Assembly: GCA_044892505.1 (NCBI GenBank)
Contig: CM097883.1
Span: forward strand, 46,252,001 to 46,316,000
Origin: Schmidtea nova
Taxonomy: Eukaryota
DNA length: 64,000 nt
Direction of reading: 5' to 3'
The notes beneath the pieces are model-generated. The model did no database searches. It was not told where the DNA came from and was given only the letters and a program-made list of their open reading frames with translations. The position numbers were made by a program, and so were the translations under genes. Shown here in pieces: positions 42,474 through 56,570 of the stretch (position 1 is the first letter of the stretch; each line of letters begins with the position of its first letter).

Positions 42474-42939
42474 GAGAAATCTATTGCTACCTCATCACCG
42501 AGTGGTACTTTATTCCAGCTAGTCGATACGTCATTATCGGTTGCACCAGCCAATGTACCAAGTCCATGGGATGTGGTCGCAGAAACACAACCGAATACCT
42601 CATCGTCATTGATTGCTATCTCAGATCCGTGGTCAAATCATATATCGAATCAGTTGGGTCAACAACGCAGCAACTGTGTCAGTCCAGATTGGCCGTTGCC
42701 AATTGTTGATCCGAATATTTCCGAACGAAGCGACAGTGCTACCTCATTTGAAATCAGCGATACAGTCGCGTCTAGTCAATCGCCAGAAAAGCATTCGGGA
42801 TTTAAAATCCATGAAAATCTGAATAATCTAAGCGAAAATTGCTCTCCGGCAAAATACCTGGTTAAGAAAAAAGCCGAAGATTTCCTTGGGGAACATAAAA
42901 ATTTGGTGGATGTCAACCGATTGGTGGATATTCATCCCG
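42474..42939 (+). CDS. EPN1: Epsin, coding exon 3 (DPW and clathrin-box region)
   Basis: Acceptor tttatcag|GAG in phase 0; LFQLVD, SPW, DPW, AEDFLGEHKNLVDVNRLVD; donor G|gtgagt in phase 1. Confidence 0.85.
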
Positions 42940-43449
42940 GTGAGTCTTATTGTTTTTTATTTACCTTAACTGTAGTAATTAAATCTATTTCTCCAACAGA
43001 ATTTCTTGTTTAATTAATATATTATCATTATATGCGATTGTAAACTTTCAGTAAAATCTTTAATCTTCTTTACATTTGATCTTTTTTCCAGTTAATTTTA
43101 ATCAAAAACAATTAATCAATACTCTGTATTTTATCAAGCATCAAGTATTGATCAATAATCCAAAAAAGAAATGAACATAAAAGATTGAAGAAAAAGATCA
43201 ATGATGATGATAAAATATTTTACTGACAGAAAATATTGAAGCAGATAGAAATGTTTTCCCTATTACCACTCTATTGACAATTATTATTATTGGTAAATTA
43301 AATTATCGATTATTGATTCGGAGGAAGATATCAGCAACGAGATTCCCACCCGTATAACGGTAGTACACATTTACGTTTTGGTCTAGTAATGTGTATAATA
43401 CCCAAATATTCTAATAATCACTAGCCCCTGATTTGACTCAACAATTGGG

Positions 43450-43950
43450 TAAATTTCTATCGATTGCCCTTGTGCTTTGACTTGACTTTATCAACTATAC
43501 TCTGACTCTTTCATTCAATCCCAATTTCGTTACACCGTTCAATTAAATTACCTCGATCTCGGTTCTCCACAATATCACGGAATTATACAATTTAAATCTT
43601 CTACTGTAACTTTCTTAGTCCAATTTGTAACACCACTTCACTTCCGATTTATTTATGATGGGTTTCGCTTTTATAGTTCACCATCGTCCGGCACTCATGA
43701 CAAATCGCCTTTCCCACTCCTGGAATTTTCCATTTTATTTTCTTCAACTCCCGTGTTACCCCTGAGAGTTCAGCACTCGAGATAATTTGTTCTTTTTACA
43801 TTTCTGGCATTTACCATACTTTTTCCTAGTTCTCACGTTACCTCCAAAAGCTGTGGAGATGCCGATTTTGTTTTTGTTTTCCAATTTTGGAATTCTTTTT
43901 TGTTTTCTTGGACTTATTAATTATAAGTGACCTTTCTCCGCTTTATTGTT
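43450..43950 (-). mobile_element. Possible decayed LTR-retrotransposon gag remnant
   Basis: Purine-rich, coding-like minus strand with a degenerate CCHC-like CGEP segment; heavily interrupted. Confidence 0.3.
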
Positions 43951-44148
43951 GAATTTCTTTTCTTTTGTTATTCCTTCCTCATTTCTCACTTTTTTGCTTT
44001 TCTGTTTTCTTCTCCTAATTCCAGAATACTATCTCAATCACTCTATTCGTTTTCCCCAAAGTTATTCTAATTATTTATATTATTATTTACTATTTAGGTA
44101 TCCTCAACACATACACACACATATATATATGTGTGTATTACAATTTAT

Positions 44149-44263
44149 GTATGAATTTCAGTCAATGTACACATTTACTAGTAAAAGTATAAATATAATT
44201 ATAATAATAATTATTATATTTATACTTTTACTAATAAATGGGTACATTGACTGAAATTCATAC
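44149..44263. repeat. 115-bp near-perfect palindrome/foldback in epsin intron 3
   Basis: Perfect 22-bp outer arms GTATGAATTTCAGTCAATGTAC / GTACATTGACTGAAATTCATAC, plus an inner TAGTAAAAGTATAAATATAAT pairing. Confidence 0.85.
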
Positions 44264-45513
44264 CTTTACTGTGACAAAAAAAATTTATTATAAAATTTTA
44301 TAAAATAATAAAAACTTTTAAAAAAATAAATTTATTTTTATAAATTATTCTTAAAAAAGAATATTTTAAAAAAAAATATCTTATAAATATTCTCATATTT
44401 ATAAACAACAGCATGATTGAAGATCAAACCCATAATCATCAATTGAAAATGATCTAGTTCACTAGAGTACAGAAAAGACGGTCAGTTTTCTCCAAGTATG
44501 TGACATTTCGTCCATGACATTTGAAAGATGAAACGAGTATAAAATAAAAACCAAAAGAAAAATATAGGAATCACCTATATATCTCATCAGTTAATTTACT
44601 TAAATCGCAAAAATTGAAGCAAGCACACACTCAAAGTTCTCACACTCTCATAGTCACAAGCATCAATATGATTGGAAACAACGCTCACTCCCATTAAACA
44701 TTTGAATATTTTCAAGTTTGTAGTCATTGGGAATCACACATTAAATATCTTTTGTCCCAATATGAAGTTTAAGTTAAAATCAAAATTAAGAATTTACAAT
44801 AATTATTTTATCAAAGAAGAGATCACCAGTTGATAATAATGTTGCCTGATCTCGATATCGACAATATATTTATTCTTTTCCCATCAGGAACAAGTCCTTA
44901 GCTTAGCCTGCTTCAAAATGAAAATTCCCCTAGATCCTAGCAACAGAAATTAATAAAAAAGATCAAGTTGTCAATGTGGTCGCAGACTAGGTTTAGGTAT
45001 GTTTATAGCCAAGAAATGGGCATTTGGTATTGTGAATATTCCGCATAACCTACACCTTATACGCAATTATTTTGAGTTTGTTCTGTAAACTTCGTTAAGT
45101 GGCAATTTGACTTCGATACTAAACAAGAAACAAAACATGTCAAGGCACGCTCGAATTCAACCTTTACTAGTCGAGCGGATTGCGAATTTCTTTTTACTTT
45201 TAAGTTGGTTTTGGTAGCCGGAAGTTTGGAATAGATTATACATATTGAATAGAATATTGCACCAACCCACCTTAGCGTGAGACACCTTGCAGAGATCCTC
45301 ACGTACCTCAGCAGGAGCCCTAATTCCAATCATTCAAGTTTTGCAAAAGGTGCAAAATCCTAGGTATTGCAAGGATGAAAAGCACAGTTTTACCGATCAT
45401 TTAAGTCTATTATTTGATTCAAACGCCTACCCGTAAATAATCTCGCTTTATCGTTAGATTGATCTAATCACACAGTCGACTTACTTGTTCAAATAACAGA
45501 TTGGTTTTGATAG

Positions 45514-45728
45514 GTTCAACCAATCCGTTCGCAACGGGGAAAAAGCCCGCACTCCATGCAAATCCATTTGCACAATGCCAGAATGAGAATCATCATTTGC
45601 CTCTTAATCAACTGAACCACAGCAATAATACCGAGGATGTCACCCTGTCCTGTGAGGAGGCATGGCCGTCAGACCTGTCCAACCTGTCCAATGCTAGTCG
45701 TCAACAGCCGTTGAATCCGTTTTTATAA
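45514..45728 (+). CDS. EPN1: Epsin, final coding exon (three NPF motifs)
   Basis: Acceptor gatag|GT is phase-compatible; TNPF, ANPF, LNPFL*. The four exons total 1473 nt = 490 aa plus stop. Confidence 0.88.
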
Positions 45729-45941
45729 TACTTTTGCAATCATAGAATCATTTTGATTTGTTTTGTACATTATTTCTAATAAATTTCGACTGTCAGCTTT
45801 CTCAGGAAGTTCATTGTTCTTTAGTTTTCAATATCTTTTGATCTATTGTTTTGTTGGAAATATTAATAGATTTCCCAGTTTTATGTTTTAGATTCATTCA
45901 GTTACATTTGTGTTATTTATTACGGCCGTTATTATTGTGGA

Positions 45942-45979
<38 letters not shown>

Positions 45980-46199
45980 AATTATCTTTTTGTATCACCT
46001 TTGATCTTTTTTTATTATTATTATCAACAATTCCCATAATGGATGACTAGAGATCAAAATTTCTTTAAATAAGTACACAATATTTCGGCTCAGCCTTTAT
46101 CAAGTGTGTATTATTTGTGTATTATTATTGTGTGTATATTGTGTACTTATTTAAAGAAAGTTTGATCTATATTCATCCATTATAGGAATTATTGATATT

Positions 46200-46251
<52 letters not shown>

Positions 46252-46525
46252 CCCTAGGGATTACTTCTAAAATCTCCATTTAATTCAGGGGCTCATTATT
46301 TGTACCCTTTTTGGATTGAAAATATTTTCCGTACCTCCACAAGACGAATGGTTATAAAGATTTATTAAATGTTTATTAAATAGATCTTCTCAAGGGGTGC
46401 GTTTCATATGTTCTATTAAATATTGCAATTGATGGCTTCTTTGCAGGATTTTCTTAGCCACTGAAATTTGAAAGTTAGACTTAACGTATAATACTAATTT
46501 AAGAATAAATGTCATAAATGTTATA

Positions 46526-46744
46526 CCGTGTTTCCCCTATTTAAAGCCCTATCCGTATTTGTAGCCCTCCTACTGATTTTGTAAATTTTTGCAATAAAAG
46601 CCCTATCCTCAATATAAGCCCTATGCAATATTTAAATATATAGATTATCATTAATACAAATTATATTATAATTTTTAATTTCCGGACCCAAAGCAATGCC
46701 AAGAAATAGCTATACGGATAAGGCTTCAAATAGGGGAAACACGG
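46526..46744. mobile_element. pogo/Tc2-like MITE (different family)
   Basis: TA|CCGTGTTTCCCCTATTT...AAATAGGGGAAACACGG|TA. Confidence 0.8.
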
Positions 46745-46880
46745 TAGTAAAGAATAGGGGTGGGGTACCAAAAAAGAAATAAATATATTTATTATTAATA
46801 ATAATTAATTAATAATAATATAATAATAATAGTAATAATAGTAACTGTAATTTTCTGGTACCCCTTCGATTCTTTACTAT
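46745..46880. repeat. Small foldback with an AT-rich centre, abutting the MITE
   Basis: TAGTAAAGAAT...GGGGTACCA pairs with TGGTACCCC...ATTCTTTACTA. Confidence 0.55.
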
Positions 46881-49139
46881 AGCCATGTCATGTCCTTTTT
46901 TGTACCTCTTATGATGTTGAGTAGCGTCCATGGAATAAGAAAAACTTATTTAGAGAGATGAACGGGTTGTGTCTAGGTTTAAATGACACCCGAATGTCAA
47001 TAAAAGTGAAAACAATAAACCGAAAATGAATTTAACTGATTTCTGATTTTGCGTATTGGATCATACACAATTTCCAGTAAACGGGTGCCATTCATCTTGT
47101 CTATCAGCTAGGAATCATTTTTCATTTAAAAGCATTGTCATCTTCAAACTGATTTTCAGGAACTTGCCAAGATTTTAGTCGGCTCTCATTTTTTTTCTTT
47201 TGCATTGATCAGTCTATTAGCTTTAGTCCTTCGTAGGTGAAACCTTACCTTAGTTATCGCACACTACCTACGTTTACCTTTTTTTGGCGAATTTATTTTT
47301 TTTAACACCCATAAAATCCGTCGTTTTATAGATAAAATGCTCTGCTTTTTTTGTCATTTTGTCATGCTCGAAATAAGTTAAATTAAAAACAAATTTTTTT
47401 TAAAAAAAATACTCTATAAATTTCTCGAAAATAAATCTTATTTTTGAATGTAAATTCTTCTCTAACTATTTCGAAGACGACATTAATCTGCCCGGATTGA
47501 AATTATAAAATATATTGTTTTGTCATTTGCAGAGTTATATAGTAATAATTATTATCATAAAGATTTTAATTTTGTATAAAATTTTTTTTATTTTTTAAAA
47601 TGTTCTAATTGGTTTGAAGATTAATAAAAAAAATTTAATTTATATCCTTAATTTTCGTAATTGTATGACTATAGATCAAAAAAACTTTTTGGGATTTTTG
47701 ATAGTTATACACACGATATTTCGGCACAGCCTTTTCGATTGTGTATTTCAATCGCTAAATTAACTTAATCTTAATTAGTAACATTAATTATTAATTTTAT
47801 ATTTTAAATGAATTTATGGGATGAAAATTAATTTAATTTAAATTAAAATTTTTAAACATGATTTTCTGTGCAAATTGAATGTTGATAGACGGTTTGTATT
47901 TTTTTATGTAAAAAGTCTCGGAAGCTAATCTTTGTAATGAATTTTTGAATCCGTATTTTAAAATTTAGCTTTTGTTTGATCTATAGATCGGGTCATTTTA
48001 TGTACTTTTACCCTATGTTCGAAATAATTACTTGTTTTTTTGCGTTCATTAATTCGAGTAGGAAAATTTCTGTGTTTTTATGACTCATCGATGACTCATC
48101 GATGACTCATTTCAAATTCAAATTTTAAATTTGAATTTCCAAAGGTCAAATAAGGTCAAACTTTCAAACAAGGGTATCATTCGAAAGGTCTTGGAGAGGT
48201 CTATCCAATGGTCATACCCTTGAAGGTTTATGGAAGGTCCTCGACCTTCGAAGGGTCAAAAACCTTCAACCTTTTTTAAACCTTATAATATATATATATA
48301 TATCATACCTATGTAAGTAGCATCACATTTTAGACAGCTAAGTTTATATACTATATTTTTGGAAAAGGAAACGTATCTGGTGGTAGAACAGCAAAGACAT
48401 TTGTTGGATTATTAATGAGAAGTTGGTTGATATCTGACTCCGGTGTTCTTTCGTTCACAAAATAAATTAAACCCAACACAGTAATCTTTATTTTCAACAA
48501 TATCACAACAATATAAATCACAGAAAGTTCCAATAGTATCTGCAATCTTCTGCGTGAGGTTAGAACACCCAATGGGATATCTCCTTTTCTGGTTGCAAGA
48601 AGATCGAGTAAATTCAAGTTCTACCTTTGGTTTTCTCTTAGCGTTTCCTCCAATCATTTCTACTAGTTTGCAAAATTCTCTTAATACTTAAAATTTATCT
48701 TCGACCACTCTGGCGATTACTGCAATTTCGACTTGTCTTTTATAGTGATTTTTTGAGTGTTCCTGTCACACCTTAATGGATCTGTCAGTTTAAAAATCAT
48801 TTTGGGAGTTGCCGCTAAATGGGTTTGCGGCCTCTTTCCCCGGGGCACCCTTCAATTATTCCATTTATTTTAATTAATAGTTTTATTGATGCCTCGGGTT
48901 TCCCACATTGCTCGGGTTTCCTATGAGTAATTAATTATTTTAATTAATTTGTATTTTTATTTAATATTTCATTCTGGGGACCCCTTTTATTTTTATATAC
49001 CCATATTTTAATTCGTCTCATTATTTGGCATCCTCCCTTACCAGTTTCCCCTCTCAATCTTTATTTTGAATTTTTATAAATTTTTTATTAATGTTGGCAC
49101 ATTAATTATTATTTTTTCGTATTTTATTGATTTGTGCAA

Positions 49140-49500
49140 TTTAAATTTATTTTATGTTAATTTTAACAACCCCAACACATTTATAATCGGAGATGTTTAG
49201 TGGCTCTCGGAGTTGTAATTTTAACGGTGTAGAAGTGATAAAAGTAGGACGGATGTGGATGCGAAAATATGTTTGGTTAAAAATGTTTGTGATTTTATTG
49301 GCTGTAGTGTCATTTAAGAAATATGTTGTGTGTTTGTTATTGTGATTGAGTTTCTGAATTTCTTTTTTGTGGTGTATATTGTGGTATTGTTTGTTAAGAA
49401 AGTAATTTTTTACAAATCTTCTGGATATCCATTTTGGAGGAAACAAACTTTAAGGTTTTCTAATGTTTCATGTATTTTATTTGCGCTTGAACGGTTTCTT
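49140..49500 (-). mobile_element. Probable Penelope-like fragment (linker between RT and GIY-YIG)
   Basis: FPPKWISRRFVK...ANKITNIF...FRIHIRP...CVGVVKIN resembles the linker leading into the PLE endonuclease. Confidence 0.45.
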
Positions 49501-49549
49501 ATGGCTCCTTTTCTTTTTCCTATTAGTAATGCGATTTTGCGTTAAAGTG

Positions 49550-51840
49550 TGAACGTTGCTTATCCGTTGGAGAATATAACCACTATGTAAAATTTTAGAA
49601 TCTAGATAGGTGTTTACATTTAGTGTATAGATGGTGTTAAAACATCTTCGTTTAAATCAGATTCTATGTTTCGCTAATAATCAATTCTAAATATCCTCAC
49701 ATTCCCCTTCTTTAAGAAATCCTTTCATCTTCTCTACATTCATTTGAATCAATCTTCTATTTTCGTCCCGTAACGCATATCTTCTATCATGGATCTTCTT
49801 AATCACTTCGTATGGGCCTTCGTATCTGTCTTTGTCTTTGGATCTAGTTTCGATTTTTACTAGTACCGAATCTCCGATTTTAAACTCTCTCCTAGTGACA
49901 ATTTCCTCCTGTGGTTTTTCTATGGCATTTTTCCCGGTTTCTTACTGTACCATCGTTCTCTGCATATTTTCATCCCAAATACCACTTCAACTGGACTCTT
50001 TTCAATTGTCTTTTGAAATGTCGCGTTCAGTGTAAATTCGATTTCTGGCAATATATCTGACCAACTTGTTCGATTCCCTTCGTTTAATGACGCGTTTACA
50101 TAATCTCTTATTGTCCTAAATTGTCTTTCAACACTCCCATTTGTATTATATTGATACGGACTCGAAAAACACAGTGTGATTCCCATTGATCCTGTGAAAT
50201 CCTTTATGACCTTCGATTCAAACGCTTTTCCACAATCTACGTGGATTTTTTTTGGTTCTCTAAATTTCAGAATCCAGTTGTTATTCACCGTTTCCTGTAT
50301 CGTGTTCTCATCTTGCTTATTTACGGTTGCCAACGATATGTATCTATTATATTGATCAATTATTGCAATAATATATTTCTTTTTATTTAAAGTCTCTGGG
50401 AATGACCAACATCTGTCTATGTATACTTTCTCCCATGGTTCATCAGCGTTAAGTTTAATTGTCTCTTCCTTCGTTTTTGTCGTAACTACCGTTCTCCTTT
50501 GACATGGTTCACAAGCTCTAATTGTTTCTTTCACCGATTCTTTTATATCCTTCATATCATAACGATCAGCTATATATTTTGTCACTTTTTCAGCTCCTGC
50601 GTGTGATAGTAATATGTGCATTTCTTTTATCATTTCCCGTTTCTTATTCTTTGGAACCCATATTTTTCCTTCCTTGGTCGTTACTACCCCTACTTTCAAT
50701 ATGTATTTCCAGCATAAACCTTGTGTTATATCTTCCTTTATTTGTTTTATTTCTTCATAATCTTGTTGCCATTTACAACTTTCCGTTTTCTTTATCATAT
50801 TTCTGAGCCGTGTTTTCATTTTCTTAGTCTTTGCATTCTCGTGATTCATAAGACACGGTGCACTTATGACAGTGCATCGACATTTGCGTGATTCACTCCC
50901 TTTCTGTATTCCATTTTAATGTCTAGACTTCTGAAATAGTTGATCCATGTCTGAAATTGCGAAGTTATTGGATTTTTGTGATAGCATGAACGTGATTGCT
51001 TCGTGATCGTTCTCAACGTAAATCTTTTGCCGTACAGGTAGTGGTTAAATTGATGAATAAAGTAGTAAATTGCAAACAGCTCTTTCCTCGTAATACAATA
51101 CCCTTTTTCATGACTACTCATCGCGAGTGACCCATATGCTATAACCTTTTCGTAACCATAATTATCTCTTTGTGATAGTACAGCTACAATTGTATCAAAA
51201 CTGGCGTCTGTATCTAGGATGAACTATCTTGTCAAAACTGGGTATCCTAAAACAGGGGATTCTGTATATGTTTTCTTCATATCTTCGAAGGCCCTTTCGC
51301 AGTTTTATGCCTAGATTAATTTTACATTGTTTTTCCCACATAGTTCCTCCAAAGTTCTAGCTTTCTTGGCCTAGTCTTTAATAAACCTTCTATAATAGTT
51401 ACATATCCCTAAAAAACTCCATAAATTCTTTATACATTTCAGCTTCTGTAATGATTTTATTGCTTCTATATTTGATGGGTCTGTTTGTATGCCATCCTTG
51501 TTTATAATGCACCCTACGAACATGAGTTCTCTAACCGGTATATGACATTTCTCTGGGTTTATTCTCAACCCTCCTAGTCTAACCCTTCTTAGTACATAGT
51601 GAATATGGGTAATCCGGACACTATCTTTGTATACAATCCGGACAATTTTGAATGTCAGATTACCCATTTTCACTAAATATCTTCTTCAGAACCGCAAAAT
51701 GTTGCTCTTTTGTCTTTCTGAATATTAAAATGTCATCCAAATAAACAACTGTGCCTTTTATGTTGCCTAGTACTTTCCCCATTAACTCCTGAAATGTTCC
51801 TGGCCCCACCGCTATTCCAAATGGCGTTCTGTTGAAATAA
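49550..51840 (-). mobile_element. Gypsy/Ty3 retrotransposon, 5'-truncated within RT (RT, RNase H, integrase, PPT, start of 3' LTR)
   Basis: FNRTPFG...VVYLDDILIF; RNase H RKELFAIYY...ANVDALS; integrase HILLSHAG/CEPC, IHVDCG, NTNGSVERQ; PPT AAAGAAGGGGAA followed by TGT at 49701. Multiple frameshifts. Confidence 0.9.
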
Positions 51841-54800
51841 TATTGGCCGGTCGTGGTTGAAAATGCCGTCTTTTTTAAATTTGTTTGTACCTGATAATTT
51901 AATTAATAAATTAAATAATGTTATTGAAACGATGGGAACTGTTAAAATTCAATTTTGCATCGAAGTTGAGTTTGAAAAAGATGGTGCTTTTCAAACTATA
52001 GTTATTTCTAACTCTGCACAACCTGTCACAGATACCTTTATAGACGATGGCATTAATATTATTAATGAAAAAATTACCCTAATTAATAATAGAGGTAGTA
52101 ATTGGATAATTAATAAAATTAATGAAATTCATTTTATATTAACAAAATTTTCTGAGATTAGTAGGTTAATAGGTTACGGTGGTATTGACACTCCTGAATC
52201 TTTAAAGTCAAAACATTGTGTTGTAAATGTTCAGAATTCTGATGACTTGTGCTTTATCTATTCTGTTTTGGTAATTATTAAATATGATGAGATATCTGGT
52301 CGTAAAAATAAACATAGGATCAGTAATTACAATCTTTCTGATGTTAACTTTAGTCCTTCTGATTTGCCTATGCGTCTTTGCAATATCCCAAAGTTTGAAG
52401 CTAAAAACCTGGGATATGCGATTAACGTACTTTCATATGATGAATCTGGAATTCTAGACACTAAGCCTGAAGTTTTCAAACATCCGTGTATTGACATAAT
52501 TCATAGGTCGAAAGTAGTAGACGGAATTCCTATTAACTTGATTCTTTAACAAAATAGTGACTCTTTTCATAATATATAGCAGTAACCAATCTTGATAGAC
52601 TTTTAAATCTTGACAATAAATCAATATCTGGTACTCGTATTCAAAGTTTATGGTGCCATCGATGCTTGAATGGGTTTAGATATCAAGATTCATTTGTTCG
52701 TCATCAAGAGTTGTGTTCTAAAAATCAATTAGGCACAACTCTATATACTTTACCTAAAAATCCTTATTTGACATTTAGTAATTGGGGCAAAACAATTACT
52801 CCACCTTTTGTAGTTTACGCCGATTTTGAGGCAATCTTACCTGCTGATGATAAGTACTTTCAAAGACATGTCCCAATATCTGCCGGTCTTTTACTTGTAA
52901 ATAATTTCACTGGAGAAAAGATTTACAAGAGTTTCTTAGGTCTTGATTGCGTTACTAATTTTCTTGCTGAAATTAACAATATAGGTGAAGAAATTGTTTT
53001 TCCTTTTTATAAAAACAATTACAAAAAACCGCTTATTATGACATTCGATAATAAAAGATCATTTGCCTCATCTACTATTTGTTATCTTTGTAAAAATCAT
53101 TTAGTTAATCCGGTTAGAGACCATGATCACTACACTGGTGAATTCTTGGGTGCTGCTTGTTTAAAATGTAATCTTACTAGACAGATTCGTAAGGAACTAC
53201 CGGTTGTTTTTTATAATTTAAAAGGGTATGACATGCACCATATTCTTAAATATGGATTGGCAAACTTTTCAACTTGGAAAATATCATGTATTCCAACTAC
53301 GAGTGAAAAATTCCTTACTTTGTCTGCAAGAGTCGGTGATTTAACAATTAAATTCATTGACTCTTGTCAATTTATTAACTCAAGTTTAAATGATGCGGTT
53401 AAAACATTGACTTCATTACCTTTAACGCGATCTGACTTCACTGGTACTATTGTTGATTGTAAGGGTATTTTTTCTTATAATTTTGCAACATCGTTAGAAG
53501 TCTTGAATGAAACATATGAATTACCACCAATCTGGGAGGGTGTTAAGCAGGCTGAATACGACAAGGCATTAGTTATTTGGAGGGAAACTAATTGTCAAAC
53601 TCTTTGTGACTACATGATGATATACTTAAAACTTGACGTCTTTCTTCTTGCTGACTTTTTCCAACAGTTTAGAGCCAAGTCAATTTCTCATAATAGGTTA
53701 GAACCGTTGAATTTCTTGGGTATTCCAGGTATGTCGTGGGCTTCTGCGCTTCTTACCTTGGAAGAACCTATTGAATTGCTCCAGGATATGGAGATGTATA
53801 ATTTTTTCGAAGGGGGGATCCGTGGTGGTTTGACATTTGTCAACAAGCATCATGTAGTATCCTCCGAAACGACTGAACTACTTTACATCGACATTAATAA
53901 TTTGTACGGTTGGGCCTTAAGCCAAAAATTACCTTGTGGTAAATTTAAATGGATTAATGCTGAGAAAAAATTAAATAAATTAATTAATTTGATGGATGCC
54001 GATTTGGAACTTTTAACAATCGGTGTAACATTTGAAGTTGACTTGGAAATCCCAGTTGAAATTCATGATAAATTAAATGACTTTCCAGTAGCGGCAGAAA
54101 GAATGTGTGCTCCCAATTCTAAAGTTGAAAAGTTAATGTTGACACATTATCCAAAGTTCAACTATGTTGTTCATTGGAGACTTCTCAAGCTTTTTGTTTC
54201 TTTGGGTGTTAAAATAACACGAGTTCATCGGGCTATTCAGTACAAACAGAAATCTATATTTAAAGAGTATATAGATACGAATACACGACTTAGGGCAGCT
54301 TCATCGTTTAATTGAGATAAAGATTTTTATAAGCTTTTAAATAATAGTCTTTACGGAAAAACTGTGGAAAATCTTAAGAAAAGATTAAATTTACGACTTT
54401 GTAATTCAGCATCAAAACTGATTACATATACATCAAAACCTACCTTTAGAAAAACTTATAGGATTGACGATGACCTAATTTCTGTCTAAGGACTCTGTGT
54501 GTTTAGATAGACCCAGCTACATTGGTCAAACTGTACTGGATTTATCTAAACTTAGGATGTATCAACTCCAGTATGAAGAATTGCAAAAATATCGCAATGA
54601 ATTCAACTGTAAGATTCATATAGTTGCAGGCGATACTGACTCTTTCTTCTTGGAGATTAAGAATTGTAGGTTAGATGTTCTGTTACCTGCGATGGTTAGA
54701 GATTATCTTTTGGATACATCGAATTACGACCCTAGTCATTCTTTATATTCGAAAAAACTTGATTCTGTTATAGGAAAGTTTTAAGACGAAAATAAGGGTC

Positions 54801-56390
54801 ATAAATATAAGGAATGGGTTTTTCTTAGACCTAAATGTTATAGCCTTTTAGGTGATAAGGAATGTTTAAAGGCTAAAGGCGTCTGTTTGAAAGATACTAA
54901 ACTGAAACATCGGTCTTATCTTGATTGTTATAGAAATAATACTATAGTTTCAGTAGAGCAGTCTGGATTTGTGAGTAAAAATCATCAAATTTTTACTAAT
55001 AAGTTTTCAAAAATTGCACTTACTAACCTCGATGATAAGAGACTTTGGGTTAAGAAAAATCAAAGTATTGCTTATGGACATTGTAGGGAAATTTTTACAG
55101 TTATGGGGGATTCAATTACCGAAGATGAAGATATTCAAGAAGATGACGAAGATGAAGATGAAGATTTATTTCAATAAATATTTGTATTTTATTTCTTTTT
55201 GTTCTTATTAATTATCTACTTTATTGTATTATTTAGACTGTGATAAAATAATAGTATTATTTTTAATTTCAAAGTTTTTATTNNNNNNNNNNNNNNNNNN
55301 NNNNNNNNNNNNNNNNNNNNNNNNNNNNNNNNNNNNNNNNNNNNNNNNNNNNNNNNNNNNNNNNNNNNNNNNNNNNNNNNNNNNNNNNNNNNNNNNNNNN
55401 NNNNNNNNNNNNNNNNNNNNNNNNNNNNNNNNNNNNNNNNNNNNNNNNNNNNNNNNNNNNNNNNNNNNNNNNNNNNNNNNNNNNNNNNNNNNNNNNNNNN
55501 NNNNNNNNNNNNNNNNNNNNNNNNNNNNNNNNNNNNNNNNNNNNNNNNNNNNNNNNNNNNNNNNNNNNNNNNNNNNNNNNNNNNNNNNNNNNNNNNNNNN
55601 NNNNNNNNNNNNNNNNNNNNNNNNNNNNNNNNNNNNNNNNNNNNNNNNNNNNNNNNNNNNNNNNNNNNNNNNNNNNNNNNNNNNNNNNNNNNNNNNNNNN
55701 NNNNNNNNNNNNNNNNNNNNNNNNNNNNNNNNNNNNNNNNNNNNNNNNNNNNNNNNNNTTCTAAGTTAATAATTATTATTATTCAAACCGAACCGAAAAT
55801 ATAAACATAAATTAATTTAAATAAAAATAAATATAAATTATTAAATATAAATTAATTAAAAATAAATATAAATTAATTAAAATAAATATAAATTTAAATT
55901 AAATTAAAATAAATAAATATAAATTAATAAAAATAAATTAAAAATAAAAATAAATTAAAATAAATTAATTAAAATAAATTAAAAATAATATAAATTAAAA
56001 ATAAATTAAAAATAAATTAAAATAAATTAAAAATAATTAAAAATAAATAAAAATAAATAAAAATAAATAAAAATAAATAAAAATAAAATAAAGACTTCAT
56101 TTAAACAAAATAATAAATTAAATTGACTTCATTTAAACAAAAAATTAAAATTAAAAAATTCACTTCATTTAAACAAAATTAAAAATATATCATTTAAACA
56201 AAATAATAAATTAAATTGACTTCATTTAAACAAAAAATTAAAATTAAAAAATTCACTTCATTTAAACAAAATTAAAAATTTAAAAAATTCACTTCATTTA
56301 AACAAAAAAAAATTTTTTAAGGGGGGTAAAAAATTTTTTTTAGGGGGAGGGGGGTCTGTTCCTGTTCTTGGGCGCTCCCCCTACTCTACT
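51841..56390 (+). mobile_element. Truncated Polinton/Maverick: pPolB plus right TIR
   Basis: pPolB remnant, an N-run, then an AT-rich TIR with GACTTCATTTAAACAAAA repeats, ending GGTCTGTTCCTGTTCTTGGGCGCTCCCCCTACTCTACT at 56390. Confidence 0.88.
51857..55177 (+). pseudogene. Protein-primed family B DNA polymerase (pPolB), about five lesions
   Basis: C2H2-like CHRCLN..F..H; ExoI YADFE; endonuclease-VII-like CYLC..RDHDH..ACLKCN; ExoII YNLKGYD; ExoIII YLKLDV; polymerase motifs DINNLYG, KLLNNSLYGK, GDTDS; RPKCYS; KAKGV. Stops at 52547, 54313 and 54782; frameshifts near 52575 and 54490. Confidence 0.92.
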
Positions 56391-56570
56391 TTTACAGAAT
56401 CTTATTGAATTTTATTTAGAATTTAGTAATTGATTCGATGGCAAAAATTTAAAATTCTTATTATTATTGTTAAAGTATCTTATCTGAATTTATAATATTG
56501 TATATAAAATTTACCTACTACTCACAAATCTATTACCGTTACTGAACATGTGATCGTAAAAATAATGATA

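Noticed and set aside
47980-48290. AAGGTCAA/GACCTT-rich segment reminiscent of Crypton-type non-autonomous repeats
   Set aside because: No definable ends or coding evidence; cannot be assigned.
6414-56390. One ~50-kb Polinton running from 6414 to 56390 and enclosing epsin
   Set aside because: The flanks do not match (TTTAAT versus TTTACA), whereas 6414 pairs with 20098 through an exact TSD and a full-length TIR.
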